NCBI RefSeq assembly: GCF_964355755.1
Contig: NC_092673.1
Coordinates: forward strand, 18,597,648 to 18,661,647
Direction: 5' to 3'
DNA from: Antedon mediterranea
Taxonomy: Eukaryota > Animalia > Echinodermata
Length of the DNA: 64,000 nt
The number at the start of each line of letters is the position of its first letter. The stretch's first letter is position 1. Under the pieces are notes generated by a model that had not been told where the DNA came from, did not search any database, and saw only the letters and a list, made by a program, of their open reading frames with translations. Shown piece after piece: positions 38,871 to 52,460 of the stretch. The translations under genes were made by a program, and so were the position numbers.

Positions 38871-40334
38871 AAGGGACGCAGAAATTATTTTTTTTATTCC
38901 TGATGTGATGATGATGATCTTTTTTTGAACGTTGAATTATGATTTGCCCACGATGTTATTTACATATACAGTTCATCTAATGGACTTTTTTACCCGGTTT
39001 TTATTTCCTTTTTTATAAATAGATAGGCCTAATTCAAATGATGTAGGCTAATAATTATTTATTTTCATTATCAAATGAATTATCATATGCCTATAAGTTG
39101 TGTTTAGATTCAAGCAAACACTACGGTGAATTTAATAAATATATATTATTAATTTATTACCCAACCTACCTTCATCATACAATTAAAACAAAATCATTAC
39201 GTAACTTTTCCCCACCTGCTTTTGAACGCAAACTATGCCAGGTGAACGTATTGTTATCCTGATGATCCTGATGATGACACTGTTCTCTAACATTTTATGA
39301 AATGTTATTGCCATAACGTTTTTAATTTAGTCCGTCTGTGTGTATTATTTTTACCCATTATATCGTATTTTTACTATGTTTATATAATTATAATAAGTAA
39401 TAAGCAAGACAATTTTGTATAGTTCTTACATCTATTTCATATTTCATCCACCTAAATTATTACATTCTATCACGAATTGAAAAAAAAAATGGTTCGTGTT
39501 TATTTACGTATCATTTATTGTCAACAATTCTTAATATATACGGTATTTTCTACTTTCTATCACCTTTCCAAGCTTTGACCTTCTTGCCAACGTCACATAA
39601 TCCTCGTCACTGATTGGCTGGTTCTTACGATCATTGCGCTTACGCTTACGAAAGTTGACTTCAAGTCAACTTTCGTAAGCGTAAGCGGAAGGGTATAAAA
39701 TCGAATCGTAAGGCATGTTTATCCAGAAATTCACCGGTTTCCTGTCGAACCGTCGATTATCGACGTAACAGACGGAAGCTTCAGTCACCGGTTTCCTGTC
39801 AAACACTTGTACTACGACGATTTCTACTTGCGTTACGTCGTTTTGACATTTAGCTTTTTTCAACCGGTTTCCTGTCGATTTTCAATTTCCAAAGTAAAAA
39901 CGACGCAATCGTAAGAAATTCTAATTTCTCACGTCGACTGGAAACCAGGCTTTACACCGTCAAAAATACTTTTTCTTTTTTATTGACATTAATTTATTGT
40001 GCCTGAAAAGTTTAATTGGTTTAAAAGAATATTAGTATTTCTAATCTAGAGTATACTACAAAGGATTGTGTTGTTTGTTTGTGTGTTAGATTGTGCACAT
40101 AAGGCATGTGCATTGTTACCTCACAAAATAAAACTGATAAGAAATTTAATTTCATTATGCAATTATTTTATCTTAATTCAGGGGCATGAGTTATTATTAT
40201 GTAATACCTTTTGTTTGTCAATGCTTTTGTCAATTTGTTATTTGCTTGTTCATTGTTGCGCCCATAATAGACTCCTTTGTTTTCTAGTGCACCCTTTTTC
40301 TATATGTATTTGTCTTTTACTAATATTCTATCAG

Positions 40335-40385
40335 TACCTGATGCGGGACCTGATGATGACCTATGGTCGAAAGTACTCGTATAAT
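40335..40385 (+). ncRNA. Minimal type I hammerhead ribozyme motif in a Penelope-like remnant
   Basis: CUGAUGA (40350-40356), U, stem II GACC-UAU-GGUC, GAAA (40369-40372), palindromic AGUACU, cleavage-site C. Stem I is weak and disturbed by a local duplication. Confidence 0.6.
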
Positions 40386-40452
40386 AAATATTTTATTTTG
40401 AGGCAGAAACAAGAAATTTGTCTGTTTTATATATATTATGCCTCCATTTACA

Positions 40453-40857
40453 TACGATTTCATCAACGATTTTACAGGAAAAGGGGGTACAAATCAACAT
40501 TAAAAATTGTTAATATCTTCAATTTTTTTAAAAGTTGAACCGAGTTCAACTTCAACGTTACGATCGGTAAAACTGACTGACCAATCAAATAGTTAATAAA
40601 TTACGTCATCATAGTTTGTTAAAAAATACGTACACGTTGATAATTCTTGTTATTTTAACACTTGTTATTTTGAAATATCAGACTTTAAAAGAGTACAACA
40701 AACATCGTCGCGTTGTCTGATACTTCAAAATATAAATTTTAATATAAAAACAATTTAATTTAATGTTTGTCTTTAGTGTAAAGCCTAGATTAAGATATCA
40801 GCGAAAACATGTCCTAGGCCGGCTGGGTTGAAGCATCAAAACCCGTAACTTTTTCCA
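40453..40857 (+). repeat. Truncated copy of the Harbinger MITE at 49742-50407
   Basis: Colinear similarity with ~49795-50180 (aacgatttt.acaggaaaagggggta ... agcatcaaaacccgtaactttttc). Confidence 0.75.
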
Positions 40858-43189
40858 TTATTATTTATTGCCGCAAAAAAAAAAACAGTTCCATATATTA
40901 AATATGGTCTATAAAACCCACTATATTCAGATAATTATATGACAAGAATCGACTGGCCAAAACGCCTCAGATGCTATCTTGGGGCGTCCAGAATAAAATT
41001 GTTTCCGGGGGGACCATGCCCCCCGACCCCCTAGACGATTATTTTCCCATATCGGCCCCCTCTTTATCAAAATCCTTGATCCGCCCCTGTCATTAGTCAG
41101 TAAAACATTTTTTCGTGGCTTAGACTTACAGCACCAGGGAACATTTTCGTTAGTGTAGCATAGCAAAAAGCTATACAAAACAACCTTATTGCTATACATT
41201 TCTAAAATTGTGTAGCAAAAAATACAATACAAAACTATGTTTCTCGACTAAAAATCAGTTTGATTAGCAATATTGCTAAACAAAATTTTTAAATGAAATT
41301 TTTCCCTGCACTCTTTATACTAATGGATATTTGGATGTATAAGTTTCATCCGATTAACAAATGGTAACATGCATTGACAATTGACAAACATTTTGTGGTT
41401 TTAATAAATAAAATAATTAATTATATAATATAGGGTAAATTACACAGAAAAAAGTAATGTGATGATGTGCGTTTGCCTAGCCTTTGTTTAAGGTGCACTT
41501 TCACCTTGGCTGGAAAACCCCAGGGCAATTTACAGTCATTTTTGTCTTTTCAGGTTTAGACATGCAAGTGATTATTAATTTCCAATAGACCATATCATAA
41601 AACCCATCAAAAACTCTATGTGAGTTGCTCTCTGTTGATATAAAATCTTTTATTTTCCATTGAATAGGCTGACATACAAGACTGATTTAGGAAGTCATGT
41701 GACACAGAGAACACGGCAAAGAGGGTGTTGGCATTGTGCATAACAATAAATACCTTATAGGCTGGTAGCATACAATCCCATTGCTGGACCAGTGGATGGA
41801 GGATTCTTTTCCAGACAAATGACATAATTTTATGGTTACCTACATTATTTATGAATTCATTAGTGTGATGTGAGTTGTAATTGTATATTTTTAAAATTTC
41901 ATTATAGTAATTTGGCTTTTAAGCTAGTAGAGCTTGTTGTATGAAGGTTTAAACATGGAGCTATAAATAATAGCTCCATGGTTTAAAGCTAGTCAGTAAT
42001 AATACAATACAATGGTTCATACAACAAACAGTAACCAAAACTAACATATTTTGGTTTATAATCCAACAGATATGTTGTGTGAGAATAAATGCTGTTTTAA
42101 ATGTCTTATTAATTCTTTTTAATTGTGGTTTGCTGTCTTTAAATTAGCTTATGATTGCCATGTTGATACTGAGACTATCTTATCTATTGAACAAACAATA
42201 TTATTTATGTAATTATTAGAATCAGGGACAATTTGATTTTCTCATTGTGAAAAAAATTGATCATACTGTGTGGCAATACTTACTTACAGTAGACAGATTA
42301 ATTTAGAAAAATAAAAACTGCAGAATGATTTTTTAAGCATTTTATAGCAATTATTTATAATAAAAACTAGATTTCAACTTGCCATGGTAATGAGTTAGGC
42401 TATTACTCAACGCATTGTAACACACACATGCTATTATATTAAGCTTTGTCTATAGTAGGCTGCACTATGACGATTGTACGAATATCATAGCCGTACAGTA
42501 GGCCTAATCAAGTCATAGGCATTTCAGTCGATCAAAGGGGCTATTTCTACTGTTCAAAAAGCATCAACATTTGACCGTATTAGCATTGTAAACAGTTTAG
42601 TTGATGGTTAGTTTTTATTTTACGCAACTATTCAAATATTTGGAAAGGATGACTTTTTCAAATTGAAAAATAAATTCATAGGTCTGAAAGATGCTTGTTT
42701 GAGTAATAACATATGGAAAATTGGAAGAAAACTGATAAAAATTAAGTAAGGCAATAAGATGATGTAGCTGCTCACAATTAAAATAGTGAGATAGATAGTT
42801 GTTTTGTTTCATTATGCAATGATAAATAAAAAAATAAAATAAATGTGATGTGAAGTAGGATTGGCCTCCCCATGGATATCTTTTTTCCTTCTTGATATTC
42901 CTTACCAATAATTAACCAGTATATAGGCCAATAAATAATATTATCAATAATATTATCACAACATAAAATGGCATAGTAGACCTCTCTAGCCAAACAGAGT
43001 CGTCCCCTAATTAGCCTTTAGTGACAATTGTTTTTTATACCTAAACAATTCCTTCAAAATACGCATTATTATCCTAAAGCACAAAATATTAATTATTATG
43101 AATTTTTTTATAAAGCTAACAATATATTATATGATAATTTGTGAATCATTATTTTACAGTTGTAATTCTACATGTTATCCTATCTATTA

Positions 43190-43420
43190 TGCACTTTATA
43201 TGCATTCATTATTGCCAGCTATATAACTACTAAACAATAGGAATGCACTTTGTCTGGCAGTGTCCCTTTGTATGAATCGTTCAACATTGGGCCCATTGCG
43301 GTTTACGCGTGATATGTTCCATCCAGGGACCAAAATGTGTAGTGTAGTTACTTTCCAGGTGAAGTTTACCCCCGCGTTACCTTGTGTACTGTGTATCGAC
43401 GTACGCTACAGCAAAAACAA
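43190..43420 (+). repeat. Diverged solo internal unit of the hAT element family
   Basis: Matches ~10965-11200 (tatatgcattcattattgccagc ... catccagggaccaaaatgtgta ... gacgtacgctaca). Confidence 0.8.
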
Positions 43421-43423
43421 GTT

Positions 43424-46120
43424 ATGGGGGATGTGGGTAGAGATGCTTGTCACCTGTTATGTGTATTTTAAGGGGGGATGTGGATAGAGGTGCTTGTCAC
43501 ATGTTATGTGTATTTTAAGGGAGGATGTGGATAGACGTGCTTGTCACCTGTTATGTGTATTTTAAGGGGGGATGTGGGTAGAGGTACTTGTCACCTGTTA
43601 TATGTATTTTAAGGGGGATGTGGATAGAGGTGCTTGTCACCTGTTATGTGTATTTTAAGGGGGATGTGGATAGAGGTGCTTGTCACCTGTTATGTGTATT
43701 TTAAGGGGTTGTGGATAGAGGTGCTTGTCACCTGTTATGTGTATTTTAAGGGGGATGTGGGTAGAGGTGCTTGTCACCTGTTATGTGTATTTTAAGGGGG
43801 ATGTGGATAGAGGTGCTTGTCATCTGTTAATGTGTATTTTAAGGGGGTTGTGGATAGAGGTGCTTGTCACCTGTTATGTGTATTTTAAGGGGGGATGTGG
43901 ATAGAGGTGCTTGTCACCTGTTATGTGTATTTTAAGGGGGTTGTGGATAGAGGTGCTTGTCATCTGTTATGTGTATTTTAAGAGGGATGTGGATAGAGGT
44001 GCTTGTCACCTGTTATGTGTATTTTAAGGGGGGATGTGGATAGAGGTGCTTGTCACCTGTTATGTGTATTTTAAGGGGATGTGGATAGAGGTGCTTGTCA
44101 CCTGTTATGTATATTTTAAGGGGGATGTGGATAGAGGTGCTTGTCACCTGTTATGTGTATTTTAAGGGGGATGTGGATAGAGGTGCTTGTCACCTGTTAT
44201 GTGTATTTTAAGGGGGATGTGGATAGAGGTGCTTGTCATCTGTTAATGTGTATTTTAAGGGGGATGTGGATAGAGGTGCTTGTCACCTGTTATGTGTATT
44301 TTAAAGGGGATGTGGATAGAGGTGCTTGTCATCTGTTATGTGTATTTTAAGGGGGATGTGGATAGAGGTGCTTGTCATCTGTTATGTGTATTTTAAGGGG
44401 GTTGTGGATAGAGGTGCTTGTCATCTGTTATGTGTATTTTAAGGGGGTTGTGGATAGAGGTGCTTGTCACATGTTATGTGTATTTTAAGGGAGGATGTGG
44501 ATAGACATGCTTGTCACCTGTTATGTGTATTTTAAGGGGGGATGTGGGTAGAGGTACTTGTCACCTGTTATATGTATTTTAAGGGGGATGTGGATAGAGG
44601 TGCTTGTCACCTGTTATGTGTATTTTAAGGGGGATGTGGATAGAGGTGCTTGTCACCTGTTATGTGTATTTTAAGGGGTTGTGGATAGAGGTGCTTGTCA
44701 CCTGTTATGTGTATTTTAAGGGGGATGTGGGTAGAGGTGCTTGTCACCTGTTATGTGTATTTTAAGGGGGATGTGGATAGAGGTGCTTGTCATCTGTTAA
44801 TGTGTATTTTAAGGGGGTTGTGGATAGAGGTGCTTGTCACCTGTTATGTGTATTTTAAGGGGGGATGTGGATAGAGGTGCTTGTCACCTGTTATGTGTAT
44901 TTTAAGGGGGATGTGGATAGAGGTGCTTGTCATCTGTTATGTGTATTTTAAGAGGGATGTGGATAGAGGTGCTTGTCACCTGTTATGTGTATTTTAAGGG
45001 GGGATGTGGATAGAGGTGCTTGTCACCTGTTATGTGTATTTTAAGGGGATGTGGATAGAGGTGCTTGTCACCTGTTATGTATATTTTAAGGGGGATGTGG
45101 ATAGAGGTGCTTGTCATCTGTTATGTGTATTTTAAGGGGGATGTGGATAGAGGTGCTTGTCACCTGTTATGTGTATTTTAAGGGGGGATGTGGATAGAGG
45201 TGCTTGTCACCTGTTATGGGGATGTGGGCAGAGGTGCTTGTCACCTGTTATGTGTATTTTAAGGGGGATGTGGATAGAGGTGCTTGTCACCTGTTATCTT
45301 ACAGTATGTGTATTTTAAGGGGGATGTGGATAGAGGTGCTTGTCACCTGTTATGTGTATTTTAAGGTGGGTGTGGATAGAGGTGCTTGTCACCTGTTATG
45401 TGTATTTTAAGGGGGATGTGGATAGAGGTGCTTGTCACCTGTTATGTGTATTTTAAGGGGGATGTGGGTAGAGATGCTTGTCACCTGTTATGTGTATTTT
45501 AAGGGGGTGTGGATAGAGGTGCTTGTCACCTGTTATGTGTATTTTAAGGGGTTGTGGGTAGAGGTGCTTGTCACCTGTTATGGGGATGTGGGCAGAGGTG
45601 CTTGTCACCTGTTATGTGTATTTTAAGGGGTTGTGGGTAGAGGTGCTTGTCACCTGTTATGTGTATTTTAAGGGGGGATGTGAGTAGAGGTGCTTGTCAC
45701 CTGTTATGTGTATTTTAAGGGGGATGTGAGTAAAGGTGCTTGTCACCTGTTATGTGTATTTTAAGGGGTTGTGGGTAGAGGTGCTTGTCACCTGTTATGT
45801 GTATTTTAAGGGGGGATGTGAGTAGAGGTGCTTGTCACCTGTTATGTGTATTTTAAGGGGGATGTGAGTAAAGGTGCTTGTCACCTGTTATGTGTATTTT
45901 AAGGGGGGATGTGAGTAGAGGTGCTTGTCACCTGTTATGTGTATTTTAAGGGGGATGTGAGTAAAGGTGCTTGTCACCTGTTATGTGTATTTTAAGGGGG
46001 ATGTGGATAGAGGTGCTTGTCACCTGTTATGTGTATTTTAAGGGGGGTGTGGGTAGAGGTGCTTGTCACCTGTTATGTGTATTTTAATGGGGGATGTTGG
46101 TAGAGCTGCTTGTCACCTGT
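43424..46120 (+). repeat. 46-bp tandem array (~58 units) with a ~970-bp higher-order duplication
   Basis: Unit gggggatgtggatagaggtgcttgtcacctgttatgtgtattttaa. The diagnostic variant series starting at 43501 recurs at 44471. Confidence 0.97.
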
Positions 46121-46179
46121 TCATCCCTTTCTTTTTGCTGCCTTTTTGTTGTTCGCCGTGATCACATTTAATAAATAAA

Positions 46180-46825
46180 ACTAGAAAGCCACTCCGAGAG
46201 TGCATACCTCCGCCTACTGCGAAATTCATCAGATTTAGTTACCGGAAAGTGTGTGTCTTTACTCTTAATGCTGTGTGTGATTTAGGCTAATTTCACTACA
46301 AGCATGTGCATGTGAGTTTGGTGTAAATGTTATGTAACCCGCCTTTCAACCAACAATAGCTTCAGCTGACTAACAATAGAACAGAAACGCGAAAAACAAA
46401 CGAGTGAATTTGAAAAGAAATAGGGTTTTTAAACTACCCGCATCAAAAAACTTGTACATTAAATCTAATTATGTTTTAAAATTACAAATCACAAAATTTA
46501 ATTCTTCCCTCTTGTACAAAAATGAAGATTCATTTTTGTACAAGTAGTTATCGAGAAAATACAATTTTAGTTTACTTGTTACTTTAAGACTGCTCACCGG
46601 CTTTTGAAATTTCTTTTAACACTAGCAAGTCTGAAAATAATTTTAAAAAGTGGTCTAGAATTAGGACCATGGTCCGGATTGCCTGCAAAATTAAATGGAG
46701 TTGTCCTTGACCACATACAGTATCTATCTGTATTTTCATTTTGGAAAAGATATTGTAATTACTTTTTGAGTAATCCTGCTAACAAACAAACAAACACACA
46801 TGCTCGATTCTTTGGCGGAGGTAAA
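46180..46825. mobile_element. Helentron-associated non-autonomous element (HINE/DINE-like)
   Basis: Asymmetric subterminal inverted repeats TACCTCCGCC / GGCGGAGGTA, terminal hairpin cactc-cga-gagtg, (AAAC)n tract, A-rich flanks. Confidence 0.65.
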
Positions 46826-47660
46826 TAAATAATCTTCATTCAGTAATGCCAGCATTCAGATGCAATTTAATTGTCATAGCCTTTAAAGGCTCAGGTACAG
46901 GCATGAATTTTAAATTTAATATTTGGTTAATTGTACATAATCAAATATTTGTAACAGAAATCGAGACGAAAAAACATGAATTTCACTTAATATGGTCAAA
47001 TACAAAATTTGGCAAAATTCTTCCATAAAAACCAGGAAGACCTTTTTTCAGTAGTTAGGTAGTTAACCTAATGTAATAACATCTCTGGTGACTCCCTAGA
47101 CGGTGAAAAAAGATGGTGGATATACGGTGGATAATTTTTGCTATAGCATGAAAATAAAAATCTGAAGTTGAATAAAAATATCAGAAATGTAATATTCAAG
47201 TTATATTACCTATATTTAGTCATCTGATAACATTTTTTACCACACTGTTTATTTTTCATAGCTTTTTAAAATGCCTCTCTATTTACAAAAAATTTGTGTA
47301 CAAACGAATAGAGATTTTACTGTGTAATTTGAACTATCCCCCCACTGATAAGAAAGTGCTTATTTTCAACAAACTCGTGTAACACAAATAAAATCCCAAA
47401 AATTATGAAACATAGGGGAAACTATAGATCGATAATTATTGGAATGTATGATCAATAGAATTTTTTTGCTTGCACCTGGCCTTTAAAACATCCTCATACA
47501 TACAGTTGCAATTGAATTGTCATAGCCTTTTTAATGCAAAGGTTTCTGTCTGATGGAATTATGTTTTACCTTTCCTATTTTCAGAAGAGAATGTGTCTTA
47601 CTTTTACACTAGAAGATATTGGCATTAATAATTGTTAAATGAAGACACTGTATTTTTGCA

Positions 47661-48148
47661 ATGGAGAGGTACATTTTTAACAATTATTTCAAACACAAAT
47701 AACCAGCTCCAATATGTGTTGATATTATTGAAATATGTAACTATTAATTAAAAACAAATTAAAATGTTTCAATAGTTATATTGAATAAATACACATACTT
47801 TATAATCAAAATTTATAGTTCAAATAAAAAGAAAACACTTTGATTTTAAGATATTCTTTTGAGAAAAATACTTCAAACTTCAAATTTTCTTTAAAATCCA
47901 AAATTCTTTCTTTCTTTCTTTAAAAATTATGAAATCATAAATATTACAATTAAAGGGCTTATTCTCATTAAATATAATAATAATATTATTTCCATCAGTC
48001 ATCATTCTCAATAAATACACAGGTAATAATGCATTATTTCTTACATTTTGACAGGAGAAATTTGGTAGAAGTTTTGGACAGGAATAATTTGCAAGAAATT
48101 AAACACATTTGTAGCACACAACCAGATCTTCTGAAATCTATCGATAAG
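47661..48148 (+). CDS. First coding exons of a second host gene, possibly ankyrin-repeat-like (3' part not found in window)
   Basis: Exon 47585-47668 ends ATG GAG AG|gt. Exon 48055-48148 has canonical sites. Together they give MERRNLVEVLDRNNLQEIKHICSTQPDLLKSIDK with a phase-0 donor. Confidence 0.5.
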
Positions 48149-48559
48149 GTATTTAAAAAAGGATATATTTTCATAATATTAACAAAAATAAATTCTTTTC
48201 ATTAAAGTTTAAAATAATAGAGAATGTAATTTTCTTTAATAATAATAAATTACCAAGCCTCGAATTTTACCGCGGCCAGTGCCGTCGGTGTCCTCCCAGT
48301 TGGCCTCAATGCCTTTGAAAAATAATAGCACCCACGGCCACTACTGGCCTGCCCTTTTTTTTTGCGTTGGCCGTGAGTGCCCTTCCCGAATTTTACCAGA
48401 ATAAAAACCACTGAAGTAGATAGAAAATAATGTCAAGAATATTTGTTTATACGACTCTGATAGTTTTGCATCTCGTCCATCGGCTGTCTTCGTTGCAAGG
48501 GGATTTCCCTAAACGCATTTAGACAAAACATCGAACATACCGTGTAACCAAAACAATAT

Positions 48560-49470
48560 CGTCCCGGACGCGATTTTTTTTTTCGTACATAAGTTGGGGA
48601 CCCCTTATTGAAACGTCACAAAATAAACATAAATAATTCATCAGTTACATTTTCTTGTTCCGTGTGCACCCAAGCGTATAGCAAAACAAGAAGTGATTAC
48701 ACGACACAACTGCGATACGATTCTAGGCCTATCTCCGCTGTGTGGTTGCGGCGTGCGATTTCATAAAAGAATAGGGGCGTTTTATGTGGATTGTCAAAAT
48801 AATCAGCCTTTAGTTTATGATAGTGTTTTTAATATAATGTATTACTAAAGAATTACGTGTTAAAATTATAGTTTCTATTAATACTATTAGGCCTAATTAT
48901 TGATCTCTAAAGCCCATGTCTATTCTAGTAGTCTGTGTGGGTGTGACGTGTGTGTTTCTGTTAGGTATGACACAGTCCGAGTAATAAGTCAGCAAAATTA
49001 AGCAATTACATTACACAAAAATACATTTTTTATTCTCGTGGTTCTAATCTTTCCATCTCATGTGTTCATCATATACGCGCATTTTTAAAGTTCCTTTGAG
49101 TACATGCATATTGTTTGATAATAAAATAGCTGAATTAAAAAATTACAGTACACAAATTATACACATTCTTCTTGTGGGTCTAAGCTTTCTATGGGCTATG
49201 TCTAATTACTACTGAGTTGAATGTCTTGCCTAGCTGTCGATTAGCCTCGACACATTTTGCATAGGTTGGTGTGTGTGTGAAGAAGAGTGCGCGAAGACAA
49301 TCACATGAATTGACCTAGAATCCTAGGCCTAGAAAGAATCGTATCGCAGTTGTAATCACTTGTTGCTATACGCTTGGGTACACACGGAACAAAAAATTAA
49401 CTGTTTATTTTGTGACGTTTCATGAGGGGTCCCCAACTTATGTACGACAAAAAAAATCGCGTCCCGGACG
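48560..49470. mobile_element. Foldback element with ~170-bp imperfect inverted arms
   Basis: 48560-48730 (ggacgcgatttttt..cgtacataagttggggacccc..caactgcgatacgattct) is the reverse complement of 49325-49470. Confidence 0.75.
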
Positions 49471-49741
49471 CCGTGCGTGGTAAATCATGGTATAGATAGT
49501 ACATTAAAATACAGGGGTGTACACTTTTAATAATCAAGCTAAAAATGTTCCTCAGAGAGAGAGAGGTCGGCGTCCGTCCATGTTTTGAATTCTTATAAAT
49601 ATGGATTTATACTAACAAAAAAACTTCAGAAATCGAAACTTGGAAAATAACACTCTGTGTATGAATAGTTGTAGTTAAGGCCTACAAACAAATTGTTTTT
49701 GAATTATGTTTTATCCATCCGCTGTGCCTTAGTGCTGCTAA

Positions 49742-50407
49742 AGCCTGTTTTCCTGTCGACGTTAAGTTACGTTGAGTTGCGTTGAGTTGACATATTCAAC
49801 GATTTAACAGGAAAAGGGGGTAAAAATTAACGTTGAAAATCGTTAAAATCTTAAATCGTTAAAGTTGAACACGGTTCAACTTTAACGATTACGATCGTTA
49901 AAGCTGACCAATCAAATGGTCCACAAATTACGTCATTGCAGTTTGTGAAAAAATAGGTACGCGCTGACAATTCTTGAATGTTTACAACGCGACAATGTTT
50001 TTCACCTTTTTTGTACACTTTTAAGGTCTGATATTTAAAAAAAACAAGTGTAAGTTAAATTAAATTATAATATTAAACCAATTAAATTTAATGTTTGTCT
50101 TTAGTGTAAGCCTAGATTAAGATATCAACGAAAGTATGTCCTAGGCTGGGTTTAAGCATCAAAACCCGTAACTTTTTCAATTTTCACGCGGTCCCGGCTG
50201 CGCGTGGCCGGCCTTAGTTTTGCAACACTTCACGTCCGCGTGTCCCAGCAACGCTCGAGAGAACCAAGAAACTATGAACGATCGTGTAAAAATGTGTAAA
50301 TATTAGCGGTCCGACTCGATCATCGTCATCGCTATTTTATTTTCAACTTTAACGATTTTAAACTCAACGCAACTCAACGTATTTCAACGTCGACAGGAAA
50401 ACAGGCT
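49742..50407. mobile_element. Harbinger-family MITE (666 bp)
   Basis: TIRs AGCCTGTTTTCCTGTCGACGTT...AACGTCGACAGGAAAACAGGCT with exact TAA TSD. Confidence 0.9.
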
Positions 50408-51627
50408 TAAGTGCTTGCTGTTGTTAGGGTCTTTACCTGTTGGGCCTTGGTTGGGCCTGGCTTCACATGCCTTTTTTGATCGCATTGTTTGAAACTAAAC
50501 GAAACATTCAACACAGGACGGTAAACTGTAAACGCTAAACATTGTACCTTGATAATTATTATTTATATGGATCGTAAATACACGTAATATTTATATGAAA
50601 TACAAAAAGATTTAGACAGTCCTCTCCTACTACTACTACTACTAGTACTACTACGACGCAATGTGATGACATAGGGGAATTCACCCCCACCTCATTCTAA
50701 ATATAGTATCAGAACATTCAATCGGTCGCTCAAAAGAAGACCGTAATTAATAGATAGTTTTTTTGGTCATGAAACGCGATACTCTCTGCTTTACCGCAAC
50801 CTCTCATGTTTTTTTTACTCGGCACGAGAGGGTGGCTCTGCCATCTGACGATGATAAAACAGTAATTGAGATCGTGTACCCGCATTTTGTGTCATATGAC
50901 ATGAAACATAATACTCTCTCTAAACTGCTTTTCCCCTCCAAATTCTGGTCGGGTCGTAATCATTTTTAAAGGCCTATGTTAAATCTTTTAATATGGAATA
51001 TATATTTATTTTGCATATATTTTGTTGGTGTCCTAGCCTAGGTGTCGTCGTTTTTATAGTTCGCTAACCCAAGGTAGGATTAAATAATTTATAGTGTAGG
51101 CCGCCGAAACTAGGCTAGCCTCGAGTCTTTCTGCGTGAGCTGAGGTCCACGGGCCCGATGTCGTCTCGTCGGCGGATTTCCGTCCAAATTAGGATAACCT
51201 TAGGGCAGCTACAAAAATTGTATCTTTAGATAGGATTTTAATTGCAAACAATACATTGTTTGTTTGCATTGTCCATGCTTCTAAAGGCGATGGCAATGGT
51301 GTTTACTAACCCTACGATCGACGCATAGATAATTATCATAACAATACATCGTAAGCTACGAACAATACTTCGTAGAGGCTACGTTCAGAGAACAACGACC
51401 TACGATCTACCTACGCGTAGGCTACGAAAGGTTACTCGTAGATACGAAGGGGTAGTAACAAAGTGCGAGGCACGCGAGGCAGGGAAGGCATGCGAGGCAA
51501 GTCAGAAATTTATGCGAGGCATCATTTTACCATCATCAAAAAATGCGAGGCATCATTTTATCATTTCTCAAAATTGCAAGGCAGGAAATCACCGAAATTG
51601 AAGTAGCCTAGGCCTAGGCCCGCTAGG

Positions 51628-52460
51628 CTAGTTTCCTTTTGCACCTGCCTTGTATTTTAACCAACTTTATCCTGAATACCACAGCTTAGAATTAGTAGGC
51701 CTACTTTAATGAAGAAAAATCACATAAAAGTAACAATAAATCCATTAAATTGGTGATTTTACAGACGTTGTTTTTCTCGCATTTCGCACACTCAATGTTC
51801 AATATTTTGGTTTCTATGGAACGCCAAAAGAGCAAAATTAATTAGAGGGCTAAAAAAAAAATGTGGAATCCATTTATATTTAACGCATTATTTGGTGAAA
51901 ATCAAGTACAATTTCAATAGATTTTGTCACTGTCAGTAAGGAAAAATGTTACTGTTGATAATGTACACGGTTTCGTTAACCTTTTAAAGAATAGGCCTAA
52001 AGTAGAAAAATTCATCATAATATCCTTAGTAGGATGTCCTAGGTCTAGACTAGGTAGTGATGTTGATTTAGGATCGATTATTATTCTTTGAAAACAGAAC
52101 AGTATCAGCAGTAACATATTACAGCATTTTTATTGACAAATTAACAAATATATTGAAATAAAACATGTTTTTCACCAATAAATGCATGAGAAATTGACGC
52201 ATTCCACTGAGTTTTAGTCCTCTATTATCGTTGCTCTTTTGGCGCTCCATAGAAACAAAAATATTGAACATTGAATAAGTGAAATTTGCGAACAGTGTGC
52301 GAGAAACACGCCTGTAAAATCATTAATTTAAGGATTTATTTGTTACTTTTTATGTGATTCTTTCATTAAAGTACTCATGAGGTATACTTCTAAGGTGTGG
52401 TATTCACACGATAAAGTTAGTTATCAAATTTGGAGTAAAAATACAAGCGAAGGAAACTAG
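51628..52460. repeat. Internal foldback module (~270-bp inverted arms)
   Basis: 51628-51900 is the reverse complement of ~52170-52460. The same module occurs at ~57345-58005. Confidence 0.75.

Larger units (their letters stand above)
34531..39951. mobile_element. PIF/Harbinger DNA transposon (two-gene, decaying)
   Basis: TIRs AGCCTGGTTTCCAGTCGACGT...ACGTCGACTGGAAACCAGGCT, flanked by TAA/TTA. Subterminal ttacgattgcgtcgtttt inverted pair. Contains transposase and MADF genes. Confidence 0.93.

Noticed and set aside
40068-40538. 156-aa hydrophobic ORF
   Set aside because: Low-complexity AT-rich frame crossing a Penelope-like remnant and a MITE fragment, with no recognisable domain.
44141-45626. 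Repetitive ORFs (MSPVMCILRGMW...)
   Set aside because: Translations of the 46-bp satellite. The unit is not a multiple of three and the frames are full of stops.
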